A stretch of DNA of 5,181 nt from a virus: UHGV virus genome UHGV-0386881, one strand, 5' to 3'. How positions within the stretch are numbered: position 1 is the first letter of the stretch; the number at the start of each line of letters is the position of its first letter. Below, in pieces: positions 1-5,181 of the stretch. Under the pieces are notes generated by a model. It saw only the letters and a program-made list of their open reading frames with translations. It ran no database searches and was not told the origin of the DNA. The position numbers and the translations under genes are program-made.

Positions 1-100
1 CTTACTCTACTCAATGTGGCAGGTCGAACAAGGTTGGACGCCCTCTATCTGGGAGTTTGCTAAGCTCCTCAATTACTCACTAATAGAAGATCTATAAGCT

Positions 101-2008
101 ATGCCAAATCTAACTAAGTATTCACTTGACCACGAGGTTCGGTCAAGTTTCGAAATGGGTCAACTCATCCCATTTTTGTGCCAAGAGGTTGTACCAGGCG
201 ATAAGTATCGCGTACAATCTAGTACGTTGGTACGTCTTCAGCCTATGTTATCTCCGCTGATGCATAGACTTGATTACTTCCAGAGGTACTATTATGTGCC
301 TTATAGGTTGCTTATACCTAATTATGAGCAATTATTGACTGATCCTGATAGCGGTAATACTGTGCCAGGTATGGATAAGTATTTACAATATACTTCTAAT
401 ACCTTTAAGGATTTGTTCATCGAGAAACCTTTGCTGGAGTATTTCGGTCTTGCTACTGCTAATGGTGATAAGAATCCCGCTAGTGTGATTAAGGATCTTA
501 ATGCGACTCCCCTACTTGCTTACTACCTTATATATAATCATTATTATATGAGGTCAGATCTTGATAGTCGGTATGTTGACCAGCTCCGTCCCGAGAATTT
601 TACGAGTGCCGAGATACGTAAATATATCGGTAATGTGATGCATGTTAATGAGGGTCTTGATTACTTCACTAGCGCGAAAACCTCTACTCAGTACGGCAAT
701 ATGGTGCAGTTGGATATGGATGGTAATAATACTATTACTGTTCCCGAGATGCGTCTCGCAGAGCGTTTGCAGTCTTTCCGCGAGCGTCTTTTGCGTGTTG
801 GTGGTAAGTACGTGAATTATATTAAGGAGTTTTTCGGTGTCGAACCGCTTGACGCTAGAGTTCAAATACCTAAATATCTTGGTGGTGACTCTTACGTGCT
901 TAATGTCTCAGATGTAGATCAGACTGCCCCCTCTGAACTCGGAGCCGTTGGTGAGTCTTATGGTAAATCTGTGTCGGTTAATCGTACCGGTCAGATTGAA
1001 TATGATGTGTACGAGCATGGTTTGATCATTGGTCTTCATTTTGTTCGTCCACGCCCATCTAATATTGGTGGTTGTCCTAAGCTATTTACTCGTAGGACTT
1101 ACTTCGATTTCTTTAATCCTCATTTCTCAGCTTTGGGTTATCAAGAGATAGAAGATCGCGAACTTGATGTTACACGTTCTAAAGATAGTGTTTTTGGATA
1201 TGTCCCGAGGTATGACGAGTATCGCTCTGGTAATGATATAGTGTCAGGTGATTTCCGCCGATCGCTTAATTATTGGCACATGTCTAGAGACATTAGTAAG
1301 GAGAAGTTATCAGTTGACTTTGTCGAATGCCGTCCAGATAATCGTATATTTTCTTTTGCTGAACAGTCTTTGTCATTGTATTGGTTTAGTGGATTTGCGA
1401 CTAATATTCGGTATCTTGGTAAGCCATTTCCTGATTCTGTTGGTGTGACTGGATATGTTTGGGCACCTGATGGTTTTAATCCGAAAGGTGATTTATTTCA
1501 CGCTGTTGTTAAATTAGGCTTTGATATTGATTCTGTTCCGTGCTCTTATGATTTGTCTATCGCTTCAGTTACTAAGTTTTCTCATGGTGCTGGCCGTCAT
1601 GTTAAATTTGAGGATGTTGCTTATTCCGATGAACCTGCTGGCATTGGTAATACTTGGGTTTCTATTATGAGTTCCTCTCATGATAAACCGCAAGGTATTC
1701 TTATTGATGATCTTGAACCAGCATTTACGGCGTTCAAGGATGGTAAACCGATCGAAGATGCTCGTTTGTCTGAGATTTCTACGCTTACTCGTAAAGGTGT
1801 TTCTTATCCGTTTATCATTGATATTTCATCAATGAAGATGGTTTCTAATACTATTCAGATTGGTTTTGGCTTGCCTGGTTGGAAGTTTGTTCGGCTTGTT
1901 AGTCGTGTTTTAGATAAGCCCGTAGACAATCATGTATTGTCAGTGACTTATAATAATGTTGATGTTCTTCGGCCTTTGGCTCGTTATGATGGTAACGTTT
2001 TAAGATGA
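101..2008 (+). CDS. Microviridae major capsid protein VP1 (F-like jelly-roll capsid protein), 635 aa
   Basis: This is the longest ORF in the window. The N-terminus 'SLDHEVRSSFEMGQLIPFLCQEVVPGDKY' matches the conserved VP1 N-terminal signature of gokusho/alpa-type microviruses (pattern ...F..G.L.P....EVLPGD.). A size above 600 aa is typical of VP1 with large insertion loops. VP2 and Rep follow in the gene order expected for Microviridae. Third-codon positions are T/A-rich, consistent with the rest of the genome. Confidence 0.9.
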   Translation: MPNLTKYSLDHEVRSSFEMGQLIPFLCQEVVPGDKYRVQSSTLVRLQPMLSPLMHRLDYFQRYYYVPYRLLIPNYEQLLTDPDSGNTVPGMDKYLQYTSNTFKDLFIEKPLLEYFGLATANGDKNPASVIKDLNATPLLAYYLIYNHYYMRSDLDSRYVDQLRPENFTSAEIRKYIGNVMHVNEGLDYFTSAKTSTQYGNMVQLDMDGNNTITVPEMRLAERLQSFRERLLRVGGKYVNYIKEFFGVEPLDARVQIPKYLGGDSYVLNVSDVDQTAPSELGAVGESYGKSVSVNRTGQIEYDVYEHGLIIGLHFVRPRPSNIGGCPKLFTRRTYFDFFNPHFSALGYQEIEDRELDVTRSKDSVFGYVPRYDEYRSGNDIVSGDFRRSLNYWHMSRDISKEKLSVDFVECRPDNRIFSFAEQSLSLYWFSGFATNIRYLGKPFPDSVGVTGYVWAPDGFNPKGDLFHAVVKLGFDIDSVPCSYDLSIASVTKFSHGAGRHVKFEDVAYSDEPAGIGNTWVSIMSSSHDKPQGILIDDLEPAFTAFKDGKPIEDARLSEISTLTRKGVSYPFIIDISSMKMVSNTIQIGFGLPGWKFVRLVSRVLDKPVDNHVLSVTYNNVDVLRPLARYDGNVLR

Positions 2009-2015
2009 TAGAGTT

Positions 2016-3047
2016 ATGCCTCCATTTTTGCCCGCTTTAATTGGTGCTGGTGCGTCTCTTGTTGGTGGTCTTATTAACAATGAGTATGCCCAAGCTAGAA
2101 CCGATGAACAATGGGATAGAATGAATTATATGCAGGATAAAATGAACGCATATAATGCGCCCGTTGCTCAGATGGCTCGACTCCGAGAAGCTGGATTGAA
2201 CCCTAATCTTGTGTATGCTAATGGCGGTGCTGTTATGCAGTCCGCTGTTGGTAATGCTCCACAACCTCCGCATACTGCTCCGATTGATACTCAGGGAGTG
2301 TTACAGATGGTGCAGACGATTGTCGGTGCAATGCTTGAAAAGGATAAGATTCAAGCTCAGAAAGATGTTACTGAGATGCAGACTCAGTCTAGTGAGAAGA
2401 TTGCAGAAGGTCATGATACTACTCAGAAAGAGGTTACAGGCATACAGACTCAGTCTAGTGAGAAGATTGCAGAAGGTCATAACACTACTCAGAAAGAGGT
2501 TACAGGTATGCAGACTCAGTCTAATGAGAAGATTGCTTCTGCTAATCGTAAAGAGAATGCTCGTCAGTTTGATTTGTCTTTTGAACAGCAAAAGCGTGTC
2601 GATGCTATGCGTTTGTCTATTGATCGGAGTCTAGCTAATTCTCAAATAGCTTTGCATTCCTCTCAAATTGAGATTAATAATTTGTCAGCTAATTTGTCTC
2701 GTCAACTTCAGCCTTTTTTGGTTGATAAGGCTAGACTTGATGCTTTATCCTCTCAGTTTTCTTTGAGTAATGAAAAGTTAGAGACTTTTCTTTCTCGTCC
2801 GTATGAGATTTCAGTTACTGACTTAGAGAACGCTTATAAAGATGCAGGTTTATCTGTTCCTAGTGCTTTTGGATTGTCTCAAATGGTAGATTATCATAAT
2901 GAGGCTGTTAGATCTTGGAATCAAGAGGTTAAAACTAACACAAAAAAGCTTTCTGATGATGAGTTTTATTCTGGTTGGATGCATCTTTGGAATGCTATTT
3001 CTGCTCCTACTCAGATGGCTGCTTCTTTGATTTTGAAGAAGAAGTAG
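2016..3047 (+). CDS. Microviridae minor capsid / DNA pilot protein VP2 (H-like), 343 aa
   Basis: The ORF starts 8 nt after the VP1 stop. It has a Gly/Ala-rich hydrophobic N-terminus (PALIGAGASLVGGLI) followed by 'MNAYNAPVAQMARLREAGLNPNLVY' (nt ~2145-2210). This is the highly conserved VP2/pilot-protein motif (...Q..V.D...AGLNP.L). The central and C-terminal parts are Q/S/E/K-rich and predicted helical or coiled-coil, as expected for a tube-forming pilot protein. Confidence 0.85.
   Translation: MPPFLPALIGAGASLVGGLINNEYAQARTDEQWDRMNYMQDKMNAYNAPVAQMARLREAGLNPNLVYANGGAVMQSAVGNAPQPPHTAPIDTQGVLQMVQTIVGAMLEKDKIQAQKDVTEMQTQSSEKIAEGHDTTQKEVTGIQTQSSEKIAEGHNTTQKEVTGMQTQSNEKIASANRKENARQFDLSFEQQKRVDAMRLSIDRSLANSQIALHSSQIEINNLSANLSRQLQPFLVDKARLDALSSQFSLSNEKLETFLSRPYEISVTDLENAYKDAGLSVPSAFGLSQMVDYHNEAVRSWNQEVKTNTKKLSDDEFYSGWMHLWNAISAPTQMAASLILKKK
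2361..2536 (+). repeat. In-frame 66-nt tandem repeat (about 2.7 copies) inside VP2, encoding 22-aa units KDVTEMQTQSSEKIAEGHDTTQ / KEVTGIQTQSSEKIAEGHNTTQ / KEVTGMQTQSNEKIA...
   Basis: Direct reading gives 2361-2426, 2427-2492 and a partial unit 2493-~2536. Units 1 and 2 differ at only ~6 of 66 nt. Identity breaks down after 'gagaagattgc' in unit 3. The repeat keeps the VP2 reading frame. Confidence 0.9.
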
Positions 3048-3079
3048 TATATTTGCCTTGTACTAATCAATCTAAGTGT

Positions 3080-3220
3080 ATGAATATATTTATCAACTAT
3101 GTTCTTTATCCCTTGTTGGTGATATTTTGGTTCCTTGTATTCGTATGGCTTGTTTTGCTTCTTGCAAGGTCTATATGTCGTATTATTAAACAATTTCGCA
3201 ATGGAAAAGAGAAGTTATAA
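3080..3220 (+). CDS. Hypothetical small single-pass membrane protein (46 aa: MNIFINYVLYPLLVIFWFLVFVWLVLLLARSICRIIKQFRNGKEKL). It is a candidate lysis or holin-like protein.
   Basis: This is the internal ATG of the 2975-3220 track ORF and lies 33 nt after the VP2 stop. It has a short N-terminus, a ~23-residue hydrophobic helix, then a basic C-terminal tail. Its stop overlaps the start of the next ORF (3201) by 20 nt, a compact phage-like arrangement. The ORF is short and composition-driven, so coding status is uncertain. Confidence 0.35.
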   Translation: MNIFINYVLYPLLVIFWFLVFVWLVLLLARSICRIIKQFRNGKEKL

Positions 3221-3500
3221 GTATGTGGCTAGAGAGCCACAGAGTGTAGTGTCTGATACTTTGCCAAATCAGACTGTTGACCTTAAGATCCTAGTCAAAC
3301 AATTAATGGATGGCCAGGCTCTTAATGTTGGATTATCATTGTCTGAGGACACTTCGGATACTTTAGATACTCCAGATATTACTAAGTATGATTTCCGTCA
3401 TATGACTGTATCTGATGTAGATAATCTATTGTCTAAGGTTCAGCCTGTGAAAATTGATCCTGCGCCAGCTGAGACCGGTACGGCTCCCGTAGCCGATTGA
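3201..3500 (+). CDS. Hypothetical acidic protein, 99 aa from ATG 3201 (the track ORF starts at 3135 in the same frame). It is possibly a scaffolding/VP3-like or other accessory virion protein.
   Basis: The ORF is on the + strand between VP2 and the intergenic region. The N-terminal 22 codons of the 3135 version (MYSYGLFCFLQGLYVVLLNNFA) look like out-of-frame readthrough of the preceding TM ORF. ATG 3201 (MEKRSYKYVAREPQ...) is therefore preferred. The C-terminal half is acidic and S/T/D-rich (SEDTSDTLDTPDITKYDF...). I recognise no specific family from sequence alone. Confidence 0.5.
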   Translation: MEKRSYKYVAREPQSVVSDTLPNQTVDLKILVKQLMDGQALNVGLSLSEDTSDTLDTPDITKYDFRHMTVSDVDNLLSKVQPVKIDPAPAETGTAPVAD

Positions 3501-3507
3501 TATTAAT

Positions 3508-3609
3508 GGGTGCGGGGGCTGATGGCTTGTCCATTGCCCCCCCTCACCTCTTTTGAGGTGGGGGGCAATGGCTTTGCCGAATAAGTCCTTCGGACCGCCC
3601 CCCCGCCCG
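3508..3609. repeat. ~100-bp GC-rich imperfect palindrome (cruciform/hairpin element) with homopolymer runs G5, C7, G6 and C7, flanked by TTAAT on both sides
   Basis: The left arm is attaatgggtgcgggggctgatggcttgtccattgccccccc. The reverse complement of the right arm is attaacgggcgggggggcggtccgaagg...caaagccattgcccccc. The inner core, ccattgcccccc(c)tcacctc-tttt-gaggtggggggcaatgg (3531-3570), forms a near-perfect ~17-bp stem with a TTTT loop. Outer arms pair with two T/C differences that would be G-U wobbles in RNA. GC content is well above 60%, in a genome that is otherwise ~38% GC. TTAAT sits at 3503-3507 and at 3610-3614. Confidence 0.8.
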
Positions 3610-3629
3610 TTAATAATCACGAGAGAGCA

Positions 3630-3660
3630 GGCGATTACTATTACTTGACATGTAATCGCC
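3630..3660 (+). promoter_or_regulatory. Perfect 9-bp stem (ggcgattac/gtaatcgcc) with a 13-nt loop tattacttgacat. It is a candidate rolling-circle ori stem-loop (TACTATTAC at 3636-3644) or promoter element (TTGACA at 3645-3650).
   Basis: The inverted repeat was read directly: 3630-3638 pairs with 3652-3660 with no mismatches. The stem/loop junction contains TACTATTAC, which differs from the CRESS nonanucleotide TAGTATTAC at one position. The loop contains the sigma70 -35 consensus TTGACA, with a weak -10-like TACAAA at 3670-3675 after a 19-nt spacer. Confidence 0.4.
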
Positions 3661-3691
3661 AAGTGACACTACAAATATATTTGTATCGTGT

Positions 3692-3723
3692 CTTGTCTGT
3701 TTCAATTAGTTGTAGTACATTTG
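3692..3723 (+). promoter_or_regulatory. Possible Bacteroidetes-type promoter for rep: a -33-like cTTG (3692-3695), a 20-nt spacer, then a -7 TAnnTTTG match 'TACATTTG' (3716-3723)
   Basis: The match to the Bacteroides sigmaAB consensus (TTTG ... TAnnTTTG) lies ~80 nt upstream of the VP4 ATG. This is only relevant if the host is a Bacteroidetes member. AT-rich sequence gives such matches easily. Confidence 0.2.
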
Positions 3724-3801
3724 TGCCAAGAGCAGATAACTCTTGATAGTTAAGATTATCAAAGCCTGCTTTTGGACTAAACGTATAACCCATTCTAGTA
3801 A

Positions 3802-4740
3802 ATGCTATGTATTAATCAAATTCAAGTCTTGAACCCTAAGACGGGTAAAATTATTAAAGTACCCTGCGGTACTTGTTACGCCTGTCAATCTAACAAACGA
3901 TCTAGTTGGATGTTTCGCAATACGATAGAACTACAATACGCTGAGAGTGCGTTCTTCTGTACTCTTACATACAATGATACTGCCTTGTTAGGTCTTCCGT
4001 ATCATGCTTCATCTAACTTGCGTATGCCCTTGAAATATCACTATCAACGCTGGCTTAAGCGCTTACGTAAAGCGTTACAGCCTGCTAAAGTGAGGTATTT
4101 TCTTTGTCACGAGTATGGAGACGAGTCTCTTCGTCCTCATTATCATGTTATATTATATCTAGATCGGTCGATGTCTTTGCCAGAGATGCGTGGCTTGATA
4201 TCTGATAGTTGGATCTATGGTAATATTCAATGTGATTATGTTACTCCTGCCAGGATTCATTACCTAACTAAATACGTGACTAAACAATTTCGCAATGTCA
4301 AGGTTTCAGGTCGTTCAGTGGATTATATCTTTAATCACATTTGGGCTAATAGAGATCTTCAACATCGCTATATTGTTGAGTTCTACCTTAAGAAGTTTTC
4401 TTTTGTGGTAGCAAGTCAAGGCTTAGGTTGTCAGCTCCTGCGTGAGCCTGCTTTTATTCGCTGGTTTTGGGATCATCTCGAGCCTGGCGAGTCTTATCCT
4501 ACTTATACTATCGGAGGTCATTCCTATACGCTACCGCGTATATACTTAAAGAAGCTTGTGCCTGATATATGGCGTGAAGCTATTGCCCCCGATATATCGC
4601 CCGAGGCTTATTCAGCCCGTATATCTGAACTCGCGTCTGACGCTAATCTAACTACTAAAACGTATGTGGAAAATGCGCGCTACATACAGGACAGAATGTC
4701 CGCTTCTATCCGCGCTAATAACAAAAAATCCCCTTTGTAA
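3802..4740 (+). CDS. Microviridae replication initiation protein VP4 (HUH rolling-circle endonuclease, phiX gpA-like), 312 aa
   Basis: The N-terminal 'VPCGTCYACQ' matches the Cys-rich motif typical of VP4. RCR motif I is 'FCTLTY' (nt 3955-3972). Motif II (HUH) is 'HYHVILY' (nt 4138-4158). Motif III, with two catalytic tyrosines spaced as in phiX174 gpA (YVAKYVNK), is 'YLTKYVTK' (nt 4261-4284). Confidence 0.9.
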   Translation: MLCINQIQVLNPKTGKIIKVPCGTCYACQSNKRSSWMFRNTIELQYAESAFFCTLTYNDTALLGLPYHASSNLRMPLKYHYQRWLKRLRKALQPAKVRYFLCHEYGDESLRPHYHVILYLDRSMSLPEMRGLISDSWIYGNIQCDYVTPARIHYLTKYVTKQFRNVKVSGRSVDYIFNHIWANRDLQHRYIVEFYLKKFSFVVASQGLGCQLLREPAFIRWFWDHLEPGESYPTYTIGGHSYTLPRIYLKKLVPDIWREAIAPDISPEAYSARISELASDANLTTKTYVENARYIQDRMSASIRANNKKSPL

Positions 4741-4742
4741 CT

Positions 4743-4871
4743 ATGAAGTTATCAAATCGCAAACTTGGATTCTTCGCTCGCTTGCGTAGGTTCCGCATCC
4801 CTGTGCTACTGCTTTTGCTGGCAGTGGTTGTTGTCTGTGTTGCTTTCGGATGGTTTTCTTTCCTAATCTGA
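4743..4871 (+). CDS. Hypothetical 42-aa protein with a basic N-terminus and hydrophobic C-terminus (MKLSNRKLGFFARLRRFRIPVLLLLLAVVVVCVAFGWFSFLI). It is a candidate J/VP5-like DNA-binding protein or membrane/lysis peptide.
   Basis: It starts 2 nt after the VP4 stop (taaCTATG). The first 20 residues carry 7 Arg/Lys, followed by a ~22-residue purely hydrophobic segment. Its TGA overlaps the ATG of the next ORF (cTGATG), suggesting translational coupling. It is below the length cut-off of the ORF track. Confidence 0.4.
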   Translation: MKLSNRKLGFFARLRRFRIPVLLLLLAVVVVCVAFGWFSFLI

Positions 4872-5181
4872 TGTGCCTTATGAATACTTGTAAGTATCGA
4901 AACAATCCGTTTAATATCCGCTATAATGCTGATAATAATTGGAAAGGTCAAACAGAGCCTAAGAATGGCTTCTGTACTTTTAGTGATATGAAGTACGGAG
5001 TTCGTGCCGCTTTCCTGCTTGTTTTTAATTATCGTAATCTTCACGATGCTACTACACCACGTGATATAATACGATATTGGGCACCTAAAGAGGATGGTAA
5101 TGATACTACCGCATATATATCCTTTGTCGCTCAACTCATCAATGAGGATGAAGATATTAATACTCCTCTTGAGTATCTTGT
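4871..5181 (+). CDS. Hypothetical protein, N-terminal 103 aa only (MCLMNTCKYRNNPFNIRYNADNNWKGQTEPKNGFCTFSDMKYGVRAAFLLVFNYRNLHDATTPRDIIRYWAPKEDGNDTTAYISFVAQLINEDEDINTPLEYL...). It is open to the window end.
   Basis: The + strand frame is open from ATG 4871 through the last base. It is co-directional and start/stop-coupled with the preceding small ORF. Its codon composition matches the other + strand genes. The minus-strand ORF 4715-5134 over the same region is likely a shadow ORF. I do not recognise a family. Confidence 0.45.
   Translation, partial: MCLMNTCKYRNNPFNIRYNADNNWKGQTEPKNGFCTFSDMKYGVRAAFLLVFNYRNLHDATTPRDIIRYWAPKEDGNDTTAYISFVAQLINEDEDINTPLEYL

Noticed and set aside
1-100. Possible 3' end of an upstream + strand gene before VP1
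   Set aside because: All three + frames are open for 60-97 nt from the window edge (stops at 61-63, 87-89 and 95-97). The frame cannot be chosen without upstream sequence, so nothing is annotated.
554-865. Minus-strand ORFs 554-865, 2037-2273, 2301-2591, 3011-3193, 3426-3662 and 4715-5134
   Set aside because: All lie antisense to strong + strand genes (VP1, VP2, the partial ORF) or across the GC-rich palindrome. Microviridae encode all genes on one strand. Their products are low-complexity and I/L/S-rich, as expected of shadow ORFs in AT-rich DNA.
1248-1448. + strand alternate-frame ORF (66 aa) inside VP1
   Set aside because: It is short, has a hydrophobic low-complexity product, has no start context, and sits in the middle of the conserved capsid gene. 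It is most likely a chance open frame.
2361-2536. Tandem repeat as a CRISPR array
   Set aside because: The units are 66 nt and directly abutting with no unique spacers. They are in frame inside a conserved structural gene. This is a coding tandem duplication, not a CRISPR.
2209-2634. + strand alternate-frame 141-aa Arg/Leu-rich ORF spanning the VP2 repeat region
   Set aside because: Its periodic R/L composition (LSLVRRLQKV repeated) is a direct by-product of reading the 66-nt tandem repeat out of frame. There is no independent support. Overprinting cannot be fully excluded without comparative data.
2975-3079. Upstream extension of the small TM ORF to ATG 2975, overlapping the VP2 3' end
   Set aside because: The extension (MDASLECYFCSYSDGCFFDFEEEVVYLPCTNQSKC) overlaps VP2 coding sequence in another frame. 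The downstream ATG 3080, just after the VP2 stop, is the more parsimonious start.
3508-3520. GGTGCG resembling the XerC-arm start of E. coli dif
   Set aside because: Only a 6-nt match, and the likely host is not enterobacterial. There is no full 28-bp dif-like architecture.
3531-3575. Inner GC hairpin plus downstream CTTT as a rho-independent terminator
   Set aside because: The stem is strong, but the 3' T-tract is only 3 nt (cttTgcc). It may still attenuate transcription, but the larger palindrome context suggests a different or additional role. It is kept as part of the palindrome finding.
3508-3609. G-quadruplex potential of the G/C runs
   Set aside because: The G-tracts (G3, G5, G2 / G6) do not make four well-spaced G3+ runs on one strand. 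A hairpin is the far more stable predicted fold.

Overview
This AT-rich window (roughly 38-40% GC) contains the core gene module of a Microviridae ssDNA phage, either a circular genome fragment or a provirus. It is not phiX-like (non-Bullavirinae), and it could be gokushovirus- or alpavirus-like; I cannot place the subfamily. All credible genes are on the + strand and tightly packed. The major capsid protein VP1 is at 101-2008. The DNA-pilot/minor capsid protein VP2 is at 2016-3047 and contains a 66-nt in-frame tandem repeat (22-aa units). A possible 46-aa single-TM ORF lies at 3080-3220, and an acidic ~100-aa ORF at 3201-3500. A structured intergenic region spans 3497-3801. The HUH rolling-circle Rep VP4 is at 3802-4740 and carries the phiX-A-like dual-tyrosine motif. 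A 42-aa basic-then-hydrophobic ORF follows at 4743-4871, and a partial ORF at 4871 runs off the end of the window. The most unusual features are in and around the intergenic region. The first is a ~100-bp GC-rich imperfect palindrome (3508-3609) with runs of G5, C7, G6 and C7, flanked by TTAAT on both sides. It abuts an 11-mer identical to the phiX174 ori core (TTGATATTAAT). The second is a perfect 9-bp stem-loop (3630-3660) whose stem/loop junction carries TACTATTAC, an 8/9 match to the CRESS-virus nonanucleotide, and whose loop contains TTGACA. The third is an exact 17-nt repeat ending in ATG. One copy gives the start of the 3201 ORF. The other sits inside rep, where it heads a 38-aa hydrophobic +2-frame overprinted ORF. 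No tRNA, rRNA, CRISPR or integrase is visible.
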